From Trichosphaerium sp. ATCC 40318 (Eukaryota; Protista; Tubulinea): a stretch of DNA of 64,000 nucleotides. A model generated the notes under the pieces. It searched no databases. It was not told the origin of the DNA and saw nothing but the letters and a program-made list of their open reading frames with translations. A program made the translations under genes and the position numbers. Numbering within the stretch: the first letter of the stretch is position 1; every line of letters begins with the position of its first letter. Location: NCBI GenBank assembly GCA_038496445.1, contig JALMLS010000378.1, forward strand, positions 186,001-250,000, written 5' to 3'. Positions 1 to 12,746 of the stretch are shown in pieces.

Positions 1-528
1 GCCCAAGCAAATTTGTAGCTTTTGGAGGGAAGGGTCGAACTTTGGTGCGTTTTTCTTTTGGTTTTTTTTTTCTTCATTTGTCGCTTTACTTATTCTTGTA
101 TCTTTAGAGGGACTAGAAGTTTATCCTTTTTTTTCTTGAAGTATCTTATTAAAAAGAGTACCACTATTTTGTGTAAATGTACAAAGTGTTTATTGAACAG
201 AGTAATCGAAACTTTCGGGTCATGTCATTAATAATAATAAAAAAATCCAAACGTCAATCAATGTCTGATCAGTCGTAAAAATCGCCGTTACCTTCAAAGA
301 AGAAGGAGTGACATTGTCGCTATTGTATAGCTCATAAAAGGGATAATGTTAAGAGAAGGACGACTTAGTGTGCCTTGTATAGGCACAACAGAAAGGGACC
401 GTTGCTAGCAAAAAATCACCCAGATCTTAGTGCTAGAAATTGCAGCTATATAAGTTTAATATTGGCATAGCTAGGAGGAGAGAATGATGTTGAAGATAGA
501 AAGGAGAATGATGGTGTTTTATTAGATG

Positions 529-960
529 TTAGAGCTCGTTTACCAAGACCGCAGTAAGACTTCCGTCAGCTAGTAGACCCTCTGCGAATGCAGTGTAAAT
601 AAGATTAGCTTGAAGTGTAACATTAGGAACTGTAAGAGCAACAGTGTTGGTTCCAGCACTGCGAACTTCAAGGTCTACTGTTCCAGGACTCAATTCCAGG
701 TATGTGGAAGCATTTGTGAAGCTGATGTTCTTGAACAATACAGGACCTCCTTTTACGGCAATATCAACAGCTGGAGCATCAGGAGACAAGTGAATGCAAG
801 AAAAAAAACAGTAGGGTTTTGGTCGAGGAGATCCTATGCACGTACACTCTGAGGGAGTCTGTTGTCATCCATGAAACCTACAGGACGAACTGCAGTGAGT
901 TTTCCTACAGCAGTTACTGTGATAACTAGATTGTTGCTTGTATCAAAATTGCTTTGTGAA
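529..960 (-). pseudogene. DUF4397-like protein, 3' fragment (probably truncated or decayed)
   Basis: Translates to ...ITVTAVGKLTAVRPVGFMDDNRLPQS / HLSPDAPAVDIAVKGGPVLFKNISF...YTAFAEGL, the HLSPDAPAVD signature of DUF4397 proteins. A GT donor after 'QS' has no clean acceptor, and no 5' part is found. Confidence 0.55.
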
Positions 961-983
961 GACAATTAGAAGTTAGACAAAAA

Positions 984-1040
984 TTTTTTTTTGTTTTTTT
1001 TTTTTTTTTTTTTGTTTTTTTTTGTTTTTTTTTTGTTTTT
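984..1040 (-). repeat. A-rich tail, (A)nC microsatellite on the minus strand
   Basis: About 57 nt of T interrupted by single G on the + strand, directly abutting the TAA stop of ORF 1039..1308. Confidence 0.9.
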
Positions 1041-1308
1041 ACATTCTTGGGCTTCCGCCTTCGAATGCCATTTTTGCTAGATCAATGTCATAGCTGGATA
1101 TCATTATGATATTTGATACGCCTGTAGGTGGGTAGTAGAGGTCTTCTACCTGTGGGTCCCAAGTCAGAGCGTATGTGTAGTCTGGGTTGGTATTAACCAG
1201 GATGCTTTTAGGGACTGTGACCGTGACTTTAATCACTAGTGGTCTGCCCAGGAGAGAATCGTATTTTTTACGAGCGTACTTTCGCACTGCTCGGAGTAGT
1301 CTTGACAT
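1039..1308 (-). CDS. Small intronless hypothetical protein (89 aa), possible retrocopy
   Basis: ATG-started ORF whose stop merges into the A-rich tail; no recognisable motif. Confidence 0.4.
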   Translation of the reverse strand: MSRLLRAVRKYARKKYDSLLGRPLVIKVTVTVPKSILVNTNPDYTYALTWDPQVEDLYYPPTGVSNIIMISSYDIDLAKMAFEGGSPRM

Positions 1309-2325
1309 GTCAAGCAGAAGTATAGATATTGTAGTTTTAGTATTCGTATGCTTCCACTAGATAAAAAATCGAATTTGCTTTTAACCAAGTAATTTTGTGC
1401 AATAAAAAAATTGTGGTTTGCTACAGTTTTCTTAAAAACCGTTCCAATGCGTTGTACACACTCATCTAAGCATATTGTTATGAATTTATAGCTGATATAC
1501 GGATTTCGATGTTGGGTTTTGAGATGTGGAGTTATGAAGTAAATCGGGATTGTCTTGTTGAGAAACAAATGTGAAAAAAAGTGAAATTCAAAAAAAGACA
1601 TAAATGCAACTTACACTGGTGTATGCGTTTCGCGTGGTGTCTTCCAGGCGTATTATGAAGCTCATCTATGTTTGCAATGGAAATTAATTCACTAAAAATC
1701 CGAAGAACTCAGAATTTGTGTGATCAAACATGTAGTAACTTGAGGTAAGTTATTAGCGTAGATTAAGACGTTTCCGAGTTGTTTTGATCCAAAAAAGCTT
1801 GATCTTTCTGTTATTGCTTCCTTCAAGCACTTATTGCTAAAAACACGCCTTGGATTTTATAACGTAACAAAATATAGCGTTGGTGACGTTTTGAATTGGT
1901 TTCCTGCCTTTTCGGTTTCAAAAAAACGTGATCGTACCGTTAATTTCTTTTCACTTTGCTCCTTGAAAGTACTATGAGAGGTGGTTTCCTTGCTGTTGAT
2001 GTCATGTTAACCCTTGTTGCCACATTTTCTTTTTTTTTGACTCAAAAATCACTGTAGTGATTCGCAATGCGTACCATTTTGGTTTCATGGTGCTTTGAAG
2101 ATCTTTTTTGCTGGTTTTGCGCCAACTAAAGTGATCTTGCTTGGAAACTCGCAAACAGGTTTGTTCGCACGCTATGAAGCACAGAATACCAAATTGATTA
2201 ATGTAGTGTAGTTCACGCGATCAGTATGAAAGTGAAAAAGTTACAGTCGCTTAAACGTCAGTTCAAAAACATCACACGTTCATCAGAGTGATATTCTCGT
2301 GCAAACAAAACCGCACCGAACAAAC

Positions 2326-3034
2326 TCAACAACATAAACCCAAGCGAAGTGAACAACGGTAAAAAAAAGTTATTTTATTATGCTTCCAAAGTCTAAGGAT
2401 TCTTGACGTCATTCCGTAAAAGAGCCTCGACTCCGAATTCATGCTTCGCAATTCCTTGTTGAAGATTAATTCAACTTGAATTTCGCTATCTTCTTCCTCA
2501 GGTAAAACGTTAGCACCACTACTTGCTCGTACCTTATTTCCCTTTGTGCCTGTGCCTGCGCTGTCGTGAGGTCTGGCGGTTTTCTTGTCAAAGTTGGGAT
2601 CATCTTGAGGTGAGTCTGCCCTAGAAACTGGTTTTGGCGTACTTTGTTGTACCTTACCTTCTTCTTTTCTCCTCAAAATCTTGCTAGAGCGTCATCTGTA
2701 TTTCTGGGTGTACTGGCGTGAACCGGAAAGTAGCGCCTGTTCTTGGACTTCTTGGCTGCATTCTACGGTTTTGTTTTGGTGCTTGAATTGAACTTCAAAG
2801 TTTTGGTTTCCTCTTATCGTTTTTCTTCGTAGACGGTTTTGTCAGTTCCTTTGCTGATATTGGAACGATCACGCTTTCTCCAAGTTCTTTCGTCACCAAC
2901 CGTTGTATTATCTCGTAATCAGTCTCTCCAGGGAACTGTGGCTGCATTTCAAGCGTTGTTTGTTCATTTGCCGATACTGTACGTCTGAAAATGGCTGAAA
3001 AGATACTTTTGAAGGCGTTCTTGATAATGGACAT
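2326..3034 (-). pseudogene. Degraded low-complexity hypothetical gene
   Basis: Two protein-like ORF segments (MSIIKNAFK..., ...RRKEEGKVQQ...) separated by stops or frameshifts without convincing splice sites. Confidence 0.3.
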
Positions 3035-3755
3035 TTGTATTAATTCTTTGTTGTAACGAGGTGTCTCTATCGTGGTTTTGTAGAGACAAACTCCTTTTTT
3101 TTCGTTAAGACATGGCTGACTGAACACTTTCCCGCGAAATGCAAAACCGCTAAGGCTGAAATTTCTGTCAAAAGTCAAACGCAAACAGAATGAGTACGAT
3201 TTCGATAGGGCAAAATTGGTTCAAAAAACGTGATTTGTTGTTTTTGGCTTCGCAGGCGTAAAAGTATTTGTTTTTGCGCTTGATTAATCGACATTTCATT
3301 GTTGCTTATTTTGCGGCTCTGCTAACCATGTTTAGAGCCAAGTTATTTGAATGAACGATTTAATGGCTTAGCGCCTACCACTTCGCGCAGCGGCAATGAT
3401 GCAACCATTCTATGCCGCTTTGCTGACAAATATTCTATCCGTGCTTACAAACAAGTTTCAATGCGTATCTGGTGATACCTACGCTAATACATCCCACTTG
3501 CGTCCAAAACAACGACTTTTTGGTTCATGCACATCTGTGAGGTCGTGTCGACCTCACAGGTACTGAAATAGCGATAGATAAATACCAATCAGTTACATCA
3601 TTCTCACCAATTCTGGGCGCGAACGAGGAAGCACTTCCACGGATCTCAAATGTTTATTTGAAAATAAAAATTTTCTGTTTTTTATATAGCTTTATTGCCA
3701 TAGAATTATCATGAAGCGCGGGGTGATCAAGTGTTTGAAGAAAGTAAATACAGTC

Positions 3756-5516
3756 CTAGCTCCAGCGACGTGAACGAAACGTTTTAAGAGCTTCAGCGGT
3801 TACTTTACTGCCGCGACTGTAGATAGTGTTTACACCTTCAAGAGCTGTTATACTTTCGTCAGAAACAGAGGTATATTCAATATTAATAGAATACACACCC
3901 TTGAGTGCTTTAACGCCTTCATCTGTTACTGGGGTCCATTGAAGATAAATGGTATGAACGCCAGCAAGTTTTTTGACACCTTTATCCGTTATACTCTTGC
4001 AACCATGAAGGTCAATGGTATGTACTCCAGCAAGTGCCTGGATTCCCTCATCTGTCACGAGGGTATTGGAAAGGTCTATGTAGTGAACACCTGCTAAGGC
4101 TTTGACAGCTTCATCTGTTACTAAAGTGTTATCGAGACTTATAGTATGCACACCAGCAAGTGCTTTAACTCCTTCATCTGTAACTGCAGTTTGGCTAAGA
4201 TGAATAGTATGAACACCTTTGAGTGCCTTTATACCTTCACATGTAACTGAAGTTCCACTAAGGTCAATGGTATGAACTCCAGCAAGTGCTTTGATACCCT
4301 CATCTGTTACTGAAGTGTCACGAAGGTAAATCTCATAAACACCCTTCAAAGCTTTAATACCTTGGTCTGTAACAGAAGTATATGAAAGGTCAATTGCATG
4401 AACACCTTTGAGTATTTTAATAGCTTCATCTGTAACTGATGTTTTGAAAACGTAAATTGAATGAACACCAACAAGTTCTTTTATGCCTTTATCAGATACG
4501 CTAGTTTCATTGAGGTTAATGCTTTGAACTCCAGCAAGTTCCTTGATCCCTTTGTCAGTTACATTGGTTGCTTGAAGATCAATGTCATAAACGCCTTTAA
4601 GTTCCTTAATCCCTTCATCAGTAACCTCAGTATACGAAAGATCAATTGTATGAACACCTGCCAATGCTTTAATTCCATCATCTGTAATATCAATACAATT
4701 AGTCAAATAGATTGTGTGAACACCAGCCAGAGCTTTAATGCCATCATCAGTTACACAAGTAGCCTCGAGATTAATCTCATGTACACCGGTGAGAGCTTTA
4801 ATCCCTTTGTCTGAAGCAGAAGTGTGCGCAAGATGAATGGTATGAACACCAGCCAGAGCTTTGATGCCTTCATTAGATATAGAAGTACCACTGACATCAA
4901 TTGTATGAACACCTGCCAGTGCTTTAATGCCTTCGTCTCCAACAAAGTCACAATCAGATAAAGTTATCTCGAAAACACCAGCTAGAGCTTTAACACCTTC
5001 GCTTGTTACTGAAGTTTTACTAAGATTAATAGTATGAACACCTGCTAGTGCTTTAATACCTTCATCTGTAACTGAAGTCTCTTTAAGAGAAATGGTATGT
5101 ACACCTTTGAGTGCCTTGATGCCCTCATCAGTTATAGCGGTGCTATAAAAACTAATTGAGTAAGCACCAGCAAATTCCTTGACTAGAGCATTTGTAGCGT
5201 TTCCAACCAAGTTGATTTTAGTATGTCTCAGTGTGGCACTATGTTTTAATGCTGCCCTCGCTTGTTCAGGCCTTACTGTAATTGCGTAATATCCAATAAC
5301 GTCATGAACAATAGAAGCGAACAGACAACACGTTTGGCAAGCGTTAAACCGTGCAGTAGTTGTTTTACGTAAGATATACGCTAAAATCTCGGTAGGCAAA
5401 TCAAGAAGTCCAGTCTTAGCTCTAATACGTGTAGTTTTAGCTTTCTACTGCTACTTTTATTATTAAACTAATTGCCTTTGACATGAGGCCTCCTCTGTGT
5501 TGCTGTCGTCAGACAT
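3756..5516 (-). CDS. F-box/leucine-rich-repeat protein (about 20 LRRs of ~22 aa)
   Basis: Exon 1 5516-5476, GC-AG intron 5475-5422, then LLDLPTEILAYIL (F-box) and tandem repeats of consensus VTDEGIKALAGVHTIDLSxT in one long exon. Confidence 0.9.
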
Positions 5517-5640
5517 TATTACATGCGTCTTGTACAAGATGGACGGTAAGATTTACAGCCGCCTTAACTCACTTTTAGTAGCTATTGCTTAATCAATCAA
5601 TTTCAAACGTTGGGACATAGCAATTACTTCTATCGTAAGC

Positions 5641-6662
5641 ATGAAACCACCGTGTGCATTATTCGTATTGTTAGCAATGCTTCAATATTTTCATACATGT
5701 AGTGCCGATTCATCTTTTATATGCAACACAAAGAGATACATTACTAACCAGTACGTGCTTTGGCAATATTTGCCGACTTTACGGTTCTTTTTTTTTGTAA
5801 TTTACTAATAACCTCAAGAACTCTAATGATTAATACCGCCTACGTAGGTGTTCCTTATGGCGCGATAATCCAAAAGTTATTTATCAAGACGCAACTAAGA
5901 AATGTATCACGTGGCTAAACGGAGGACCCAATTGTTGGCAAGAACATTGTCATGAAATTCTCGCAACTTGCACTTTACGAAACGATAGGTAATAAATCAC
6001 GTGATACATTTCCATAAATAAAATTGCTAAACATTTTAGTGTCAACGCCATAGAAGGCAAAGTCCTGAACATAAACGTCCGCGGAAACGATGATTGGCCA
6101 GGAAATGGTGTCAACATTGATCCAAAGATTTCTTTGCTAGGAACCGGTCAGGTACAGTAGCACTTGCCCGTCATCCTGACTATGAAATTAGTGTGGTAGT
6201 GCGAAAGTTGTTTTAGATTCTATCGAGTATACACCTCTGGTAAATTATGAATGCTACGATATCTTGGTATACAGAGCTACCGACTATGAAGGCAATTTTG
6301 GAGAAGCATTTATTCACATTCATGTTTCGCCAAAACCAACAAACGCTCCAACTGTCGCTCCTACAACGGCCCCTGTATCTCCCACAATGTATCCCACTGA
6401 ATCTCCTATCGTACCAACATCGAATGCATCGGTGACAATTGCACCTGGACCGTCTAATGCGACTAATAGTCATTCTGGTGGCGTTGTTCTCATGAAACAT
6501 GTTGACACGCATCACATTATTATTTTTGTTGTAGTTGGAGTACTAGCGCTGATAATTGTATTGGGTATTGTCGTGGCAGTTGTTGTGTATAGAATGGAAC
6601 GTTCTAAACGTAGAAAAGAAGGAGAATATTTGCTCCAGAAACCCCAAGCGTCATACAATTAA
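5641..6662 (+). CDS. Type I membrane protein (signal peptide, beta-rich ectodomain, P/T stalk, one TM)
   Basis: MKPPCALFVLLAML signal, short GT-AG introns, last exon with PTNAPTVAPTT stalk and hydrophobic IIIIFVVVGVLALIIVLGIVVAVVV followed by basic residues. Confidence 0.75.
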
Positions 6663-7105
6663 ATACGTTACCAAATACTAATCTCTATCGTTATTTAAAG
6701 TTTCTCGCTACTAAAACTTGTTATTTTGAACCAGTCTTCTTTGTTGTATTGTGAAACAGCAGTTTTTAAGCATGTTCTTTAATAGTACGTTGTTCCTATG
6801 TACTAACTACTTTATCATATATACAATGGCTTAACATCATACTTTTGCTAGATGACTATAGACAACGTCTATCAAAGCACGTGATTCCTTTGAGTACGTT
6901 TCATGAATCTGTAACTCTTGAACTTCATGTATTACAGTATAACGTTACTTTTCGTATATTTAATCAAGCATTCCAGTTGGTACATTCCCAAACAAATTAA
7001 CAATTAATGAAAAATATTCTGAAAAGTTAAGTCTTCCTGTAACTTTTGTTATTGCGTATACTTTGTTAACCTAAAAATAGATTAAAAAAAAAATTAAGAA
7101 AATTC

Positions 7106-8230
7106 TTAAAGAGTTTGTTCCTGAGCTGGAGTTGTACGTACATAGCCATTAATTTCGGCTTCATTTTTTCCAGCATGCTTGATAGGAGTTATCAGACGTT
7201 TAAATTGTTGTCTTGGTAAGCCTTCGCCTTTGATTGCTAAAGCTTGGAATATAACTACAAACATGTTAGAGAATGCATTTTTTTTATTAGTACTCTTTTG
7301 CTGTTTGCACTCATCTGATATACGCATAAATTTCTTTAGCTTTCGAAGGACATTCATAAAATGTATTTGTGATATTTCTGTTTCACCTTGAGCATAGGCT
7401 AAAAGAAAACCAGCTACTACATAATCTAAACATCAATCAGCACTTTTTTTCTACAAACTGAACAGTATTCGTACTTATGGAATATAACCCTATCTTAACG
7501 AGTGTCTGTTTATTAATCACGTTTATACGTAGACCTGCAACTATTTCCCACATAAGAGAGAAATCAGCAATGCATTCATCATCTAACATAAACGGCATCA
7601 CTGATTGTAAGAAGTTAGAGTTTCACATTTATGATTGACTAACCACTAGGGAGGTTTTCTTTGGGAATGCTGAGAATTGATTTATTGTATGCAGCAACAG
7701 TTAGGCCTGTAGTTAGGTAGCACAATTCGTCTTCAACAGTTTGAAAATTCTATTGATTGAACTTTTAGATTTATAGTTCAGTTACGCAGCGTTGCTGTAA
7801 AAGCAGAGCCAGTAAGCTACTTCGTACTCTTGTTGTATTGAATCCATTTTGCATTTTGTTGCTGACGTGTTGTATCAAAGGAAACTTGAAAATTATAGTA
7901 CAACATAATCACTTATGAGGGACACTCTTTTGAAAGCGCTAATCAATCAAAAATCGATCTTTAATAAAATGATTGAAGATTAAGATCGAAAGCATGCTGA
8001 ATTTTCATTTTTCGACTTATTGATTTTGGTCGAGTATCCTTTACACATACCCAAAAGCACCAAAATTTGTGAGCCCTATGGCCGCCAGGAAATATGTTAG
8101 CTGGTGTTACATTGTTATTGACAATCCCATCGTCATGTAGCTTGGAAAGCGTAGCTAACAGGTCAGGAGCTATGTTTGCCAAGACTCTATTGCTGGTTTT
8201 TCCAGCACATCTGGCATTGGAATAGCAATA
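7106..8230 (-). pseudogene. Decayed coding sequence including a protein-kinase-like remnant
   Basis: LLATLSKLHDDGIVNNNVTPANIF resembles the kinase LxxLHxxGIVHRDxKPxNI segment with the catalytic residues lost; neighbouring frames are broken by stops. Confidence 0.35.
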
Positions 8231-8775
8231 TCCGATATACTTGGATACAAATGCACTCGCTAAAACAGACGACGAACAATTGCTTAGATTGCGAAAATGT
8301 CATTCACTTTTGTCACTAAGTTTTACTCCCTATCAACTTCTTTATTTATTCTCTTTATCTCAAATCAATGTATGGTCACTCAATTTTAATTAATAGAACA
8401 TGTGAAGGCCTGGAGTTAACTCGGATTCGAGTGTAACTTTTGTAACAATACAAATAATTTGACACAGCTGTAATACTCATGATAACACGCAAAACGTGCA
8501 GGAGATCGTCTTGCCATCCTTTTGGCGCAGATATAAGGTAGACTATCCGAAATAATGAATGAAGATGTGGAACATTTCAAGCGTTTGGTTGGACTGAACA
8601 AGACTGTCAATATCGAAGGACACAATAGGCAATATAAATCCGCTCGTGTGGCTACGCTAGAGCCACCAAAGACTGAGCGTCTTTCCTCCCAAGCGCGTCT
8701 CCCTTATATTGACAACAAGTTGTCCAATCTAACGAACACTTAATCGGATCTTAAGGAAAAGAAGGCCCACAAATA

Positions 8776-11700
8776 ATGGAGCGTGTGTTGCGATTTATTC
8801 TTATTTTTGTACTTTTATCAGTAGTGACTGCTCAAGAGTCTTCCATACGTGTAACAGAGTTAAAAACAAACTATCGCACCACTCCACTGTCTCTAGGAAC
8901 TCATCCATACTTTTACTGGCAGCTCAAAGGCACTACACTTGTTTTCATAAAAACGTTAACCTTTTTTCCCTCTAGCTACAAACAGAGACGCCACGGACTT
9001 GAATCAACTTGCGTATCAAGTACAAGTAACAGAAAAAACAGGGGTTATCGCTTGGGACTCAGGGAGGGTAAACACTAGCCAATCTATACAAATAAAGTAC
9101 GATGGAGCTCCTTTGAAGTCAGCAACGCGATACACATGGAAGGTAAACCAAATTTTGAGAGCGAAAAGTTTTTTTGATTTTCTAACACGTGACGCACGTG
9201 ACAAATTTTTAGGTTACTGTTTGGGACCAAAGAAACGTTCGAAGTGATTCAGAGTCTTCTTGGTTCGAGACTGGGCTTTCTCCAAGTGATTGGGGTGGGT
9301 ATTGGATTTCAATGTCAAATGATGTTCCCAAAGATGATTGCGCTTTTTATGATAAACACCCAACACCACTACTTCGAAAAACGTTTTCAATTGAAAAAGG
9401 AAAGCATGTAGAACGCGCACAGATGTTTGTGTCAGGTTAGAGACCTACACAAGAAAATTTAGTGACTTTTAATTTCAGTTTCTAGGGTTGGGTTATTACG
9501 AAATGTCCATTAACGGACAGCGAGTTGGAGATAGTATCCTAGATCCTGGATGGACCTCGTATAACAAACGTGTTCTTTACTCAACGTACGATATTCCTAA
9601 ATCAATATTTGGGGAGGTTAATGCTATTGGCATCGTGTTGGGGAATGGTAAGTGAAAGTTCTTGAATTTTCCAATAATGGCGTTTTTAGGCTACTACAAC
9701 CCACTGCCAATGAAATTCTTTGGTGGTCTTAACTTTCGCGATTACCTTGTTGTTGGTGTTCCAAAAGCTATTGTTCATTTAATAATTACATACACAAATG
9801 GTGAAACAGAAGTGATAGTATCTGATGAATCTTGGAAAGGTAAGCAAAACTGCTTTTTTACAGCCCTCGGAATACTTATTTGTTGAAGCATTTGATGGAC
9901 CTACACTTCGTAATAATGTTTATATTGGTGAAGTATATGATGCAAGATTAGAAATAGAAGGATGGAATATGCCTCACTTCGATGATTCCAAGTGGCTGAA
10001 CGTAAGCAAGAATGCATGTGATTTATCTGACTTTTTTTTTAAAAGGTTGTGCGTTCCAACGATACTCAACCTTTGGGTCCTCTTATTGCTCAATCTGCGC
10101 CTGCTATTGAAGAAACCAGAATTCTAAAATCCAAACACATATCAGAAATCTCTACAGGCGTTTTTATAGGTAGAGACCATATTAGCCATTCTACCAAGTA
10201 TTTACTTTTTTTAGTTGATTTTGGTCAAAACTTTGCTGGACAGACAACACTTCGTGTCGCTGGTAATGCAGGAGCACAAATACGCTTAAGATTTGGAGAA
10301 GTGTTGTTCCCAAACGGAACATTAAATCCATTCACAGCAAAGGCTGGTGGCATTGATGGAGACGGTTTGTTTTTCTGTACTTTTTTTTACACAACTAACC
10401 TTCCAAAAGGAGGTCCTTGTTGTCCAAAGCTTCCTTTTCAAGAAGACTATTATATAGTAAAAGGAAAAGGTGTTGAAACTTATAGACAAAAATTCACATG
10501 GCACGTGTTCAGATACGTTGAAATTACAGGTACAATTCAACTTGACCTTTTTGTTTTTGGAGTGTTTCTTTAACTGATTTTTGAGGATTTCCTGGAACTC
10601 CCGATTTGAATACACTTACTGGACACCGTTTGAACTCAAACGTTTCACCTGTATCAAAGTTTGAAAGCTCGAATCCTCTTTTAGAAGATATAATAACAAT
10701 GTATCAATGGACACAACTAAGTAATATGTTTAGTATACAAAGTGACTGTCCAGGAAGAGAACGCTTTGGTTATGGAGGTAAAACTACCTTCTATCGTTGA
10801 ACGTCATCTTTAATTATTCGATACAAGGTGACTTGGCTACGAGTGATGAAGCTGGTGTGATGAACTTTGATATGTCAAATTTTTACAAGAAGAGAATTGA
10901 CGATTTTATTGATGCCAAAAGAGATAACGGATTCTTCACTGAAATCGCTCCAATGGCTGGCATTGTAACATGCGGGTTTGGTACTTAGAAAATATTGTCT
11001 TTTCGTGTCCTTATTGTAAATAGGCGACGAGTCTGGACCAATTGATTGGCAAATTGCTGTATCTCAAGCTTCTCTTTTGATGTATCAATACTATGGCTCT
11101 AAAAATTTAATGGAAAGTTACTATAAGGATATCAAAACCTTTGTGGATGGCACTATAAGTGCAGCTAAGGATGACGTTATCACAAACGCCTTGGGTACTC
11201 TATCATTTCAGATTTTTTGTTTTGCATAGTCAGCTGATTTTAAAAAGGTGATTGGAATAATATTGATCCTAAGCTTGAAAGAAAAGGTTGGCCGCCATGT
11301 ACAAATGGTACAACGTCTTATGAAGGAACAGCTATATACTACTACAGCTTGAAAATGTTCGCAAGAATAGCAGAAATCACAGGTAAACAAATCGAAAAAA
11401 AGATTTAATGTTTGTAACACGTGTTTTTATGAAAGGTTTGAGAGTTAGTATTTAGCTTTTTATTTAGGCAACAAAGGAGACGCTGCTTTTTATTCATCCA
11501 AAGCTTTTGATGTCGCTTTGTCTTTTAACAACCGTTGGCTTAATAAGACAACAGGTGTTTATAGATATGGTACTCAAACGTGCCAAGTTTATGCTCTGTA
11601 TACTGGCATTGTTCCTGATGAAAGCATTGATAAAGTGCGTCAAGTACTGGAAAATAACATCAAAACAAAAGGAAGTCACTATGACACTGGAATGTTTGGT

Positions 11701-12422
11701 GCGTTGATAATAATCGAGATGGAGTTTATATCTTGATGCGTAACTTACCGATTTGTTATAAGGAACAAAGTTTCTTCTCAACGAGCTTACAAAATTCAAC
11801 CCTGACATTCCTTACTATGATATGGTCAATACCAAGGAATATCCAAGTTGGGGATACATGCTTGCCAATGGAGCAACTACTATTTGGTTTGTAGAAGGTC
11901 TCAAAATTGTTCGCTTTAACAGAAACTATATAGGGAGAGTTGGTTTTTAAGTGAGAAGCAGTCGCATTGTCACCCTATGTTCGGTTCAGTTGCGGCTTGG
12001 ATTCCTCAAATGATTGGTGGTATAAGACCTTCTGAACACGCTATTGGATTTGATGATATTATAATTCAACCACACGTGTTTGACCTCACATCTGCAAAGG
12101 TACAAACATATTGTAACAAAAAAAAAACCAAAAAGTCTTTTGGCCACTTTCTTCTCGTTCTCACTTTTTTCCAATGAAGGTAACTTTTGAGTCCGTTCGT
12201 GGTACTATCATATCTGATTGGCATCTCGATAAAGGCAGCTGGCATTTGAGAGTAGATATTCCTCCAAACACAAGGTGACTCTTTTACTTTGGATAAAATC
12301 ATAATGAACCAATACAATACTTTAGGGCTACTATCCACCTGATTGATGGAAACATTGTGAAAACAAACTCAGGTGTTTACGAATTTCATATACAAAATAC
12401 GACACTATCGTTACTAAAATAA
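8776..12422 (+). CDS. Secreted alpha-L-rhamnosidase, GH78 (multi-exon)
   Basis: Signal peptide; WDSGRV, GLGYYE, LDPGWTSY, GEVYDARLE, VDFGQNFAG, FTWHVFRYVE, SDCPGRERFGYGGD, GATTIWESW and SHCHPMFGSV motifs across many short introns. Confidence 0.93.
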
Positions 12423-12746
12423 GTCACCTGAGATTAATAAACCCAGTTTGCCTCACTGTTATTTTTAGCGTTCTTTACATGTATCAGGTCTAATGTTTTA
12501 CTACCACGTAGGTATTTATAAAAAGTGTTAATAAGTACGTTGAGCAACTCAATACGTATGCAATGTCATTATTAGGACTAATAGGACTCAATCACATTGA
12601 AGAGTTCTTTGACGAGATCTAAATAAACAAGAGATATCTTAGGGCCTAACACGTGATTGAAGCACAACTATTTTCAGTTTAACTTAAGTTTGAAGAGTTT
12701 GGTACTCAAAGTCGGTTCAACTTCTTGCTCGGTATAACACAACAGT

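Noticed and set aside
4461-4951. Antisense and alternative-frame ORFs over the LRR gene (and similar short ORFs over other genes)
   Set aside because: Shadows of repetitive coding sequence or read-through into introns; no independent support.
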